The translations under genes and the position numbers were made by a program. A model generated the notes under the pieces. That model was given only the letters and a program-made list of their open reading frames with translations. It was not told the origin of the DNA and searched no databases. From contig JBITNC010000001.1 of NCBI GenBank assembly GCA_050084985.1, positions 67,766,001-67,830,000 of the forward strand: a DNA stretch of 64,000 bases. Reading direction: 5' to 3'. Within the stretch, counting starts at the first letter, position 1, and each line of letters starts with the position of its first letter. Below are positions 52,101 through 64,000 of the stretch, one piece after another. Origin of the DNA: Nageia nagi (lineage: Eukaryota; Plantae; Pinophyta).

Positions 52101-53443
52101 GTAATAACCCAGTTGAAGTCTTTAAACTCGGAAACAATAGACTCAAACTTGCAAAAATGCATCAGAGAAAGTATCATTATGTCCTACGATCATATGCATA
52201 AGCATTGATCCCAATTATGATAGCAGTTACAAAGCTAATGCCTTCTAAGTTATTCTACAATCCTACCAGAAAATGTTAAAGGGTCTATAATAAATTAGAA
52301 GCAATTTTGAGTAGATAAGATGACCAAAAATCAGAATGGTCCCTATATAGTTGATGTGTTTTTTCTATAAAACAAAGAGTAGTTCCCAAATCCATACTTC
52401 ATTCCAAACATACATGAATTTTAATGACAGACTATGTTTCAGCAAGTTCTAAACCTGAATTTCTCATATTATTCATAAAACTAGCTTAAATTCCAAATAA
52501 CAATAACATAGATGATGCAGAAAATACATGTTGGATATCTACGTAAAATTCATCCACTTCAAACTATTGTGCCACATCAAGTCCTCTCCTATAAGACTTG
52601 CAAGTCAAAGTTATCTTCAAAAGGTCATAGATGTCAGAATTTGCACTTTGAACATTAGTCATTTATAATTCAGACTTTCATGTTGATTTCCAATGCCATC
52701 ACTTAAAATATCAATGAACCTAATGATCTACAATAGGCAATACATTTGCAACCACCAATTATAGCAATCTCAATGTGAATCATTAAGTTAACCAAACAGA
52801 ACTACATCCCTAAAAATTAATTTACTAGCCATGCTGCGCAATGTACACACTCAATCAATGATGATTCAGAGCACAAACACACAAATAGAAACAACAAAGT
52901 GCTCAAGTACCACAGGTCAATGATCATCCATACAAATCATCTTTCAAAGACTCAGTGGATGTTGATAGCCATGACTAACAAAATATATATTTGGCTGTTG
53001 ATTTTCATTATGACTTGTGAAATATGTATTTTTCTTCAGTTTCCAACTATAGTATTGCTTAGACCTTCCTTGATACTTTGATTTCTTTAGATAAGTGCTA
53101 CTTTAATATAAAATAAATTCCAAACAATCCTTTAATTTGAAGTAAAAAACATCTTAGGAAAAGAAAATTAGTTTTATTCAGAGAAGGAACATCCCAAACT
53201 TATTTTCCAACATAAGTCGAAAGATTATTTTTACAAAATTTTATAGTTCCTCATTACATATGTAATTCAATTATTTTCAACAACAATTAAAGCTAGGAGC
53301 AAGCTATCCAGCCTCCTAAATCCCCCCCCCCCCACCTTTCTAACACGCGCAATTTTCGAGTACGTTGGAGACGAGCATTGGTAAGGTCTGCTTTTTTATT
53401 TAATCCCTTTTCCATATCAAATAGAAATATTGTGAGTTGTTTC

Positions 53444-53517
53444 GTTTGCATCCGATGGTATAATGGTTAACATAGTACAATGTGCTAGCATATACCCGAG
53501 TTCAAATCCTTGCAAAC
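53444..53517 (+). other. tRNA-derived/SINE-like Pol III A-box and B-box motif
   Basis: A-box-like TGGTATAATGG (53456) and B-box GAGTTCAAATCC (53498), bracketed by inverted GTTTGCA/TGCAAAC; no canonical cloverleaf. Confidence 0.35.
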
Positions 53518-53700
53518 ACTTTTGTAAAATATTTGCTTCAACACTTAAATTTTTTTTTAGCAAAAAAGTGTGAAGGCATAGAGTTTAACCTGAAAATAGG
53601 TAAAAACAATATGTTTAACCCTAAAATGAGTAAATGCAATGCGTTTAACTCAATTTTCCGATCACCATCGATATACTCAAACTTTGGGCCATGTCAGAGG

Positions 53701-55460
53701 TGTCAGGAGTATGAGGGTGAATTTACGAGGCTGGATAGCTTGCTCCTTAAAGCTATGGTCATAAAGAAATAATAACTATTACATATGAAATGCATGTAAT
53801 GGTAGAAATAAGGAAATTCTATTGATGCTTGTGGGTAAACAAAATAGGTCAATAAGACTAGAGAAATAAAAACAATGTGTACAAACCATTGTTTAACAAG
53901 ATTAAAGATAACTGAGCTAAAGCAAGATAGAAAATATGTTTTGAATAGCATGTGAGAATCATCAAAAGAAATACCATAAATGTTGGAGCCAAAACAAGAT
54001 CTGAGGGTGTGCAATCTCACAGGAAACTCCTAACACCAACGCTAGTGAGACCGAGGAAACTCCTAACATCAAGGCTAGTGAGACCGTTGGAGGTAATGGG
54101 CCTCTTGCCCTATGGCAAAGAGGATGGTGCTTAATACTCTAACAACATTTAATGAGGGAGTACATGGCCATTTAAGACACTTGAAATTGCATTTTAACTA
54201 TCTAAAATGGTTTTACTTAATTGATATACTTTGTTTATGCAAAAATGCCAATTTAAGTCAGTCTTGTGCTATATTCTAATTTAGCATTATCTTATGTGCA
54301 TGTCATCCTAAGTGGGTCCACCTAGGTAACCTTAAAATTAGACTTCTCAAGTATATATAAAGCAAGGATACATGGGAACGCATTCACCCCTCCTGAACAA
54401 CCGTTCTAGACGTTTCTAGCATTCGAGGACGAGGGAACACACTTGGGAACCTCTCCTAGTCGTTCCTGATTTGGTGAGTGGCTAGGAGACATCTCTAATT
54501 GGAATAAGAGACTTTCTTTATTACATTCCTTAATCAAGTATAAATACAAGAGAAAGAACCTAAAAATAGAAAAGGGTTCATAAAATAACATATATCTATA
54601 ACTAACAACTATCCTATAATTAACCATTGTCCTATAATTAATCACTAATCTATGATTAACCACTAATGTATTATTATTCTAACAAAAACCTTTATGCTCA
54701 AGAATCAAATTGTTAAAATTACTAGGAAGGATCTCCCAAATTTCACCAAATACATTGGTACAAAAGACCCTAGACAACACAAACTCAATATAATAACAAA
54801 GCAATTAAATTCGACAACAATGAAGATCTCATGACAAGGGTATCTTCAAGAGCTTAATAGATGATGCTATCCTATAGTAGCGAGATTTGCTAGATGGCAA
54901 TATTAAGAATTTTGATAATCTCATAAATAAATTTGTGCAAGAATTCAAAATCAAACATCAAATTTGACAGCACATTAGGAGATTTGTACAAGCCCAAGTA
55001 GTTGTCAAATCAAATTTTGTGATTTCCTAAAGCTATGAAAAAAGAAAACCAATGAAATCATAGAAAAACACGATGTAAAAGCTCTCTTACAATCACTTCC
55101 TCTAAAATTCAAAAGACACGTTTGCAATCTTATTGATTCACAAGCCATTCATCCAAGGAAGAAATGATTCCCAAAATGATAAAAATGGAAACTATTCTCT
55201 TGAAATGTGGAATATAGAAATATGGAAAGGGTAGCAACAAGAAAAGGAACAACACAACAATTGACAAAGAAAAGGACAAGAACAACAACAGAACAGTTGT
55301 AGCAAAAATAGAACAAGTTCAAACCAACCTTCATCAAAAACCTCAAATACTTAGGAAAGCTTAATCTTAGTTTTGGACACCTTGATTAAGGGACATAACT
55401 GAGTTACCTCCAAGAAGAGAACATTACTTTCCTAATGGTGTCCTATAAGGTTACAGGTTT
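53701..55460 (+). mobile_element. Degraded Gypsy (Tat/Ogre-like) LTR plus gag remnant
   Basis: LTR-like block TGTCAG...CTAACA (53701-54683) with a 33-bp tandem pair (54021-54086) and ~21-bp repeats, followed by gag-like LPNFTKYIGTKDPRQH; no TSD found. Confidence 0.4.
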
Positions 55461-58400
55461 GAGCAATTTGCAACTATCATCACAACACTGAATATACCAT
55501 AGAAAAATGTAGAAAATTGATGAACATTGTTTAAGATTTGATTGATCAGAAGGTAATACAGTTTGCTAATTATCCACAACCCAACCAACCCATCTAGAAG
55601 ACTTGGGATTTTACGAATTAATACCACTTCATCCACACAATCAAAAACTGGAAATTTATAGTAATCCATTGCTAAAAGACGTTGTGAATCATGTTAAAAA
55701 AACCATCAAAAAGTGTTGTTAGATTTGCAAAAAATAATCTTAAAACAAGATACAGAAACACATTATCAACATAGCAGTCATTTCAAAAGCATATCAAGCT
55801 TGAAATTCGTTCTATCCCAAGTGGATATTCTAGGACAAGTAGGTCCAAATCATGAGCACTCTGGGACTACACAACCACAACATGGGTGTTCTATAATAGT
55901 TCCCAGAAACATATCAGAACAGTTCCAAAAGGTTAAATACATAGCCTGTGTTAGCATGGTGATTTCTTCAGCAGAAAACAATTGCATATTTGCAATTACA
56001 GGTTGTCCTTCCAAAGACATATTTTCCTCAGCAGACGCACAATAAAAGATGTATTTTCTCAATGAAATGATTAATTTTTAACATTTTTGAATCACTCCAA
56101 ATAATTCAATTAAAGATTAGAATCATTAATTCAACTATTGTTGAATACTTATTATGAAGGAAAGATGAGAAAGCACAATTTCATGAGGTTACTGTAAAAC
56201 CTGGAATAGATATTGAGTAAATATGAAACACAGCCTTAGTCTTTGTGTGCCTGCCTAATTTATTTTATATAAATTCAAAATCCTCCAACACATAGCCTGA
56301 TACTCTGCCTTCCCCTATCCAAACATAGATAAACTCACAATTATAATGTATTGTGAAACTACTCCAGTGAGTAACTAATTTTGCTTTAAGAAATACGAAT
56401 GTAAACAACAATACCGATGAAACATAACAATCTGTATATTCCTTCTAATGAACTGCAAGCAATGAAAAACAACCATCTGAATATTTATTCTAATGTACTG
56501 CAACGCTCCCTAAATGTTTTATTTCAACTTTTAAAAAATACATTCTGGTTAAAAGCAAAGACCTGAAAATTTCTTCTAATGTATTGCATACTGCAAAGCT
56601 AAATAAATGTTTTTTTCAAATTAAAAGTGTACATTCAGATTTAAAATAAAGCATTTAGCAAAACAGTCATGAGATTGTTTTCAAGGATTTACAAATTATA
56701 TATAAATCTTTGGTATCACTTGATGCCTTTCAAAAATCAATTGTTTTTGTGGAGATGTAAAAAAAATGACAAATAAGAGCCATACCCATTCTGGACACGA
56801 TTTCCAATAATTGTCACCAAAAGATAAATAAATTTTACTAGTAAACACTTATGAATGCCACAAGAAGTATATGAGTGGCATATGGCTAGAAATACAAAAT
56901 CAATATTTAGGAACATGAAAATACATGTGTACTCCAAGGGTTGTGAATAGATGCCTGAATAGATTCAGCAAATAAAGGTGTTACTATTATTTTTGGAAAT
57001 TTATTTCCCTGAAGGTGTCAATATTATTTTTGGAAATTTATTTCCCTGTCAATGATGTCGAATGGCAGCCTTTTTGTCTATTCCATGTCGATGATGTCAT
57101 ATGTACGAAAGCCTTTTGGTTTTATTACTGTTTAAATATATTACAATTCTTATCTTGGTTTGAACCCTTGGTGCTTTTGCATCTATACATAGTATATCAC
57201 ATAAGAATCTCATACAGTATTGTCTTTTGGTATTTTCCATGTCCATGATGCCATATGTATGAAATCCTTTTGGCTTCGTTGCAGCATGCTTGATATATGT
57301 ATAAACAGGGTTACATTGCACATTAAGATACTACAGAAAATGTGCTTCCTTGCAAGAAGCTTCTCAAGGTATAAATGTCTAATTGCCCCAGACACAAGCA
57401 GTAGTTTATTGCTCTAGGTATGGAGGGTCAATATATAATTAGTGGCAACAAAACCAATTTGAAACTTTCCTTGATTATAATGCTTCTATTCAAAAAAATA
57501 TCTTGTAAATATTGTTTAATGATGCTTCAACAATTAGATTATTGTGGATGTATTTCGCATTCCCATACAATTGACATCTACCACAATAATAAATTAATCA
57601 TTTCCTTTTGAAATATGTAGGTAGGTCATTGATGCACTCCATTGGAAGCTCGTTTTCATTTCTTTTTTCATAATATATAATGGATGAAATTAAGCAAAAT
57701 ATGATGCTGGCAACAAGTTTTTGTTAGCTATTGCAATCAACAACATTTGTATATATTTTTCATACCTTGCCAATTGAATATATTGGTTAGCACTGTAAAA
57801 TGATCTTGGAAAACCAACATGCCTAGAAATTGAAGCATCATGACTCCTATAAAACTATTGAATTCTAAAAAAGTTATTCATAAACTTGATCAATAAAATA
57901 TCATTTATTTTCAAATGAGAATTGAATAGTTTTGATAATTTCAACGACTTGTTTGATGCTCATGATCTTTGAAAAAGGTCTTATGAATACATTACTTGTG
58001 ACTTTAAATGCAAACAAATCCATAATCGTTGAAATTTACTTTAGTTAGTGTAAAAAATGCTCTTGGCATGTCCATATTGTTAGAGAGAACTTGTTGCATA
58101 TAGATCATGCAAGTAAAGATTTAAACATAGACCTTTAAAGTCATCAAAAGAACAACATAAAATATAGATGTTGACATAATTGTCATTTAATCCTGAAATC
58201 ATTAAACATGAACGAAAAAATTCTATGATTATAAACATTAGATCTGAAACTAGTATAAAACATTATAAGAGAAACTTGATTTCTTGTAACAACATGTCAA
58301 TTTTTGTATGAGAGTCGAATTTACTTTAGTTGGGCAACTCATGCTCAAACTATCAGAATAGCAACAAAGCTGCCAGTAGGAAATCTTTCACAGATTAGGA

Positions 58401-59713
58401 GAAAACTTTTACAAAGAGATCACTCCATGAACACCAAAAAGGCCCTATAAAATCATATTCTAGATTCTTATACATCTGAGTGAGTGATGACAATATAACC
58501 AACCAAAAAGAAAATTCAATATGAAAAATTACAAAATCTCCTAATGAACCCACAAGTTGTTCTCAAAGGACACAAATCTTGTTGGGCACATGGATACCAA
58601 TAATCAGTACTGAAGCAAATTTTCTAAAGGCATTGTAACAGCCCCGTTCATTCTTGGAAGCAAATGTTACCATTTCCTCTGAGGTGCAACTTCTTTCAAT
58701 AGTATGCTCAACAAGTACTAAAAATATAAATTATCTTAAAGCATCATTCTTCTCTCAATTGAAAACTTTCACTCGCAACCTCTTTTGGGAATAGCCATAT
58801 TGCCTTCAACAAAAATGATACAGCAGAAAGGGTCACAAGAAAGGCATAAACAATTGATTAACTAAGTACCAAAATTTCTACTTTTAATCCGAAATGAATC
58901 ATGTGATAAAAATCAAATATCATTGGAGTGAGGATTTGGTGAATTCTCATGCTTGGGTGGTGTTTGAAGCATTTCCTAATAGTCTTGTGGAGATTGTTTT
59001 CAGCTGAAACCTGTCAAGATGAATCAATCATATTTGAGAGGCTGTAACTTTTGTGTAGGCATTCAGTTGAGGAAAATGTTATACCATTGGACAGCTTTCA
59101 AAAAGACTGTTAACATATATTACAGTTTTTATCTTGGTTTGAACCCTTGGTGCTTTTGCATCTGTACATAGTATATCACATAAGAATCTCATGCAGTAAA
59201 AGGAATACAAAAGATTAAGTTTGTATGTATTAAAATATTTTATTGTACTTTAGTCTCCTCCAAGCATTTGAAAATCAAATATTAGTAGTTAGCTTTTTGC
59301 ATAACTTTGATGATTGGCATTATGCATGTGACTCACCTCTTCAATTTGTTTAAAGCAAGGAATGGATGCTCTAGCATTCAAACAATAATTAATTGAATAT
59401 GTTGTCTACTGATACATTAAAATATTGTTAAGAGAGGCTCTGCAGCTATCATTTTAAATGCAACTTTTATCATTTTATGATCTGAAATAATAAGTTTTGG
59501 CCATCCAACTAAAAAGTTCTTCGAAAACATCTCTCACAACACTCTTGAATATTTTGCAAATGCCTTTGAACTAGTAAATATGACAACATAGCATACATAG
59601 AAATGGTAGCAATGTTTAAAGAAGCACTTGCATATACAATTATCCATCACAATACCATGCTAAAATATACTACACAACAAATAATTTTTATTTTACTTGT
59701 GCAAATGAATACA

Positions 59714-62700
59714 TCAAGCAATAGTTGTGATATTCAAATAGGCTGTGTAAGATTCATCTCTTAGAGCCATGATGGGTTCCAAATGATAACTGTTGTACAA
59801 ACCCTTAGCAATAAAACTCAAAGGATGGTATGTGCTTATTCCTTTAATTGCATTGAAGGTCACTGCCTGAATAAAATCTAGATCTCTGCTTTTAGCACAC
59901 TTCAATTGAACAACTTGCCCTACTTGATATCTTGATACACCATAAAGAAAGCATGAAGGGCTATTTGTAGACTCAAAAGAAATAGAATTTGTGCTACCGT
60001 CCAATCCCATCCATACTTTAAAGATGTCAGCACTTGCATTATTTTTGAAAGAAACTGCCCCACAACTCCTTAACGAACATTCATAATTTTCATCACTCTG
60101 TGAAATACTAATACTTTGGGAAATAGTAACATTTTTGTCTACTCCATTATGTGAAACAACCCATCCTGGACGAAAAAAAGACTCCAAATAAACATTCTTC
60201 CCAACAAAATTTGTAATTGACTTCAGGTTTATTTCTGTATTGGGAAAAGTTGCATCTACAATCCTAAAAGTAGCATGAGCTGCTTCATCAGTTCCAGTAT
60301 TAGCAAAATGATCCATAAATACTTGACTTTGGTTATTGAACCTTAATACCAAGGTGGTGTTGTTATCAAATGCAGATAAACCTGATAGCTTTCCTTCTTG
60401 GGAAAAGGAGAATAATTGAGATTGGTATGAAGCAGGAACTGGCTTGATCCAATCAGATATTGAAGATGTTTTGGGTATTTGTATGTCCCTATCTCCATCT
60501 GACATACCAACTAGCACATAAGGACCAAACATGATAGCTTGAAGAGTTTGATATTGAGGACGATCATCTGTTTAAAAAAACAAAAGAACAAAACAATATC
60601 TTTAACATCTCAAACTACCTAAACTTAATATTCTTTCTTATTGGATAGTGCATGTCCAACTTTAGATATTACCAAAGCACAAACCTTTAATAGTCTCTGT
60701 CCTAAAGTTAACAGGAAATGAGAAAGAAAGTTTGTCTCCTGATGCCAATTTTCTCTTAATCATCAAAAAGCTTCCTGTGATTCATAAAATTAATATAATG
60801 TTAGCCTCAGTGTTGTTCTTACAGGAAAGATCAATATAATTGTGCCCACATTAAATAAAATAAAAATGGATTAATACATATTACATATATAACAAGTTCA
60901 ATACCTGGATTTGTAAATAAAACTAATATAATGTTAGTCTAGTTTTTGTTTGCATGGAGAAGATCAATGTAACAGCCCACACACAAAATAAAAATGAATT
61001 AATCCAACTATAATAAGTTCAATACCTGGATTTGGTAAAGATAGTTTTTCAACATTAAGCATTGCACTAGCTTCTTGTGTTGTCCAAAACGGGATCCTTA
61101 TATATATAGTGACCTCTATATTCTTTGCCTTTGCATTCTTAGTCATCATAAGAAAAATAACAACATACAACAATGTTATGAACACCATCTTACAGCTTGT
61201 ATCAACTTGCTTTCTGTAAGAATAAATGCTTTACATGACAATATCTTCTACTATTTATCACAAAACAACCCGATTCCAATTTGGAAGCTAAAAGTATGAA
61301 TTGTTTTACCTCCAATCCCGAAAATTCCATTGACACGTTAAGATACGGATCCGATGAAGACAATGGTTGAACTATTTGTGTCAAGGCCAACCCAACTGAA
61401 TCCCAAGTAAGTTTGCTAGATATAAACTGAATTATATACAAATTAGAACTTCCCTTTTCTTGAAAATATATAGAATCTCCCAACTTGGAGAATGATTCAC
61501 TTGCTGCAAAAAGAAAACATCAGCAAGCAAACTCAAATAAAGATAAAGAAATATTGTGTATTTAATATAATTTCACCATTACAATTTTTTTCTAATATTA
61601 TTACTAATGTCTAAAATATTACCTGTGCCGTAACAACACCAAAAAGTATGATGTGCATCACCCCAACCATAGTTACTCCTAGCCTTAGAAACTCCACTTC
61701 CTTGTGGAAGCATATATATCATTTTCCCAGGATCTGTACCTCTTTGGACCCCAAGAATACCATTGGTCAAAGCACGCTCATAATAGTCTGCATATGCCAT
61801 TTCTTTGGTCCATCGAAACAAATGACGAGCAATCTGCACCCAAGAAAGAACAAGACAACAATATCTCACATCTATTACAAATGTTATAAAGATATAAAAT
61901 ATAAGAACTTTATATATGAAACAAAGAGTAGAAGCCATATGGTTCAAAGTGATTGAAACAAAGGAGTTTTAATATTAGGAATTGTAGACCTTTAACATAT
62001 TATAAGTAGTACAAGTCTCTTCATTCTCTGTACCAAGTTCTGTAGCAAGCCTTTTTGGGTCAACCCTGAAAAAGAAATAGAAAACTTCCATAAGTTGTTG
62101 CACAGCCATTTAAACTTTTCTTCCCATTGTTTAATAAAATATGTTTTGTCAAATAAAGTTTTTCATACCAATGTTCATTACGAGATGATCCACCAGTTGC
62201 ATATACATGTGATGAAGTAACAATATCCATGAAAAAAGTGGCTATGTCCTGTGAAAAACAAAAGTACAAACATATCAATAAAAATAGTTGTATTATGTAT
62301 ATTTGAATATTTGTACTATGAAAAAACAACCTTGTCAATACACAAAGCTTTATTAATTTCTAGAAGGAATGAAGCAATAAAACAAAATTATTAAATCATG
62401 TAACTTTCACTGTTTGAACAATGCTTTGCACATCCATAAGAAATATAGTAATAAAAATAGGTGATAAATTATGTAACATTTGTAAAGGCCTTTACAAATC
62501 CATGAAATATAAAAAATACTAGAATAGTATTCCTTGACCAAAGTCTGTAAGATTCTAGGGGTGGCAATTTGAGAGCAATGGAATAACATCAAAAAAAACA
62601 CATATATAATTATATTTGTATTGTTAGCATTAAAAGTTAGCTATCATGACTTACTAAGCCTTCATTTGATATTCAATCATCACCATAATACTTCTCAAAA

Positions 62701-64000
62701 GGTTACCACAACTTTCACACATATACCTTGTAAAGTGGATCACCAACAACCTCATATCTCATTTGGGCACCAAGAAGCACTGCAAGGTGTGTGTTGACAT
62801 GTAACTGGGAAATGTCATCAGCCTGTAACCAAACAAATAATCATCAACCAACAAACAATTCACAAATAAATATCTTTAGATCCCTTCCTATGGGAAGATC
62901 TCACTTTATTTTTGTACAATAATCCAAATAAGACATGCAAGGGTACTTTTGCTTAACTTAGTTAATACACGTTGAGTCAAAACTTTCTACGCTACTCATA
63001 CAACATTTCTTTGATATGAAAAACATAGGTAGAATCCTTTTAAGTTAAAGTAGCTACAAGAAAATAAAAAAGTTCAATTTTATTTAATCATTTGAAGGAT
63101 TCAGGAAAGTCAATACCTTAATAGCTAACATTCCCAAAAAGCAAGGCTTGTCAAAGAGATGTCCCATCTCTAAGTGTTTTGGGTCTCCCTGCATCCAAAT
63201 TGCATAACAATTCTATTTATATATCACTTTAAAGAGTATAATTATGATTATTGTGTTGGGGTTATAAGTGATAAAAAGTTACAAATTCTAGTCAAAGGAA
63301 GGAATATTTTCTAAACAATAAATTCAAAATAAAACGTATTTTATATGACGAATCAATGTCATACATTCCGCCTAATAACATGCCTTGATTTTGACATTTA
63401 ATTTGTTTTCAAGCACATGACAATCAAAATCTGTATGGTTTATTGGATTTTGACTAGCCTTTACTTCTTTGAAAAGGGAAAAGAAAGAGCCAAAAATTAT
63501 GAACTGTAACAAATATTTGAAAAACAGATTTACAAAGAGCTACAATGTATGATTAAGTAGAAGACTTACTGTTAAACCGTAGAGGCGATACATGACATCG
63601 TTCATGCCACCAGACTCATCATTCAATGTATTCCAATGTCTCTCTATTGTATACTGTTTAATGACATTCTGAATACGATTGTAAAAATATTCAGCCATCC
63701 ATATGGTGATGTTGTATGCTTCAGTATTTCCAGCAATAGTGTATTGGTCAAGTAACCCTGCCATAATCTATAACAAAAAAGATATGGTACTTCCCGTTCT
63801 TTGAAAATTTTTTAATACATAAATGCATATCTCCAATTTAAGCTAAAACTAAAATCACCAATTTAAGCTAAAACTAAAATCAACTTACCTTGTGGATAGT
63901 ATAATAGGGCGCCCAAACATTTTTAAGGTTTTCCAAATTATCAAATTCCCATGTAGGAAAGGCAGATAGATAACCTGTCCGTATCGCTCTTTGGCATTCA
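59714..64000 (-). CDS. DUF1680 / GH127-GH146-like putative beta-L-arabinofuranosidase with C-terminal AbfB-like domain (AT5G12950/AT5G12960-like); 5' end outside the window
   Basis: Phase-consistent GT-AG exons: 63889->64000, 63570-63767, 63117-63188, 62727-62822, 62169-62248, 61990-62065, 61623-61833, 61310-61503, 61026-61137, 60685-60774, 59714-60567. Motifs: GYLSAFP, WAPYYTIHK, ESGGMND, HVNTH, YATGGSS, EETCTTYNMLK, YADYYERALTNG, FWCCYGT, GPYVLVG, RDESYTAY. No stops seen. Confidence 0.93.

Noticed and set aside
55850-56062. Possible missing 5' exon of the lipase gene
   Set aside because: No similarity in any frame to the expected N-terminal transmembrane/WLWWTRF region.
57600-58900. Possible hAT-type transposase relic (also 22400-23200)
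   Set aside because: Only faint motif resemblance and no TIRs found; not supportable without a search.
59714-64000. Bacterial contamination or recent horizontal transfer of a GH127 gene
   Set aside because: Ten canonical spliceosomal introns and a plant-type domain architecture.

Overview
AT-rich eukaryotic genomic DNA from a land plant. The long transposon-filled introns and heavy repeat load suggest a large-genome seed plant, probably a gymnosperm (inference). Host genes are all on the minus strand. (1) An apparently intact, intron-containing DUF1680/GH127-GH146-like glycoside hydrolase gene with a C-terminal AbfB-like domain at 59714->64000, running off the right edge. (2) A decayed paralogue of it at <1-~1560. 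(3) A class-3 lipase gene resembling Arabidopsis AT1G05790, 11 exons over 24272-52095, with intact splice sites but four disabling lesions and no locatable 5' exons. Two young full-length Ty1/copia elements have matched LTRs, PBS, PPT and 5-bp TSDs. Copia-A (12353-18658, +) carries an unannotated ~175-codon acidic ORF upstream of gag. Copia-B (39022-47681, -) carries a scrambled, CpG-rich concatemer of PPR-motif-coding sequence in a 2.9-kb leader that looks spliceable, plus a higher-order 49-bp repeat array in its 3' UTR. Copia-B sits inside a palindrome-rich solo LTR, inside a LINE-like remnant, inside a 15.9-kb lipase intron. The rest is decayed Copia/Gypsy/LINE debris and local duplications. 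All coordinates, translations and counts were read by eye, and protein-family assignments are from memory rather than database searches.
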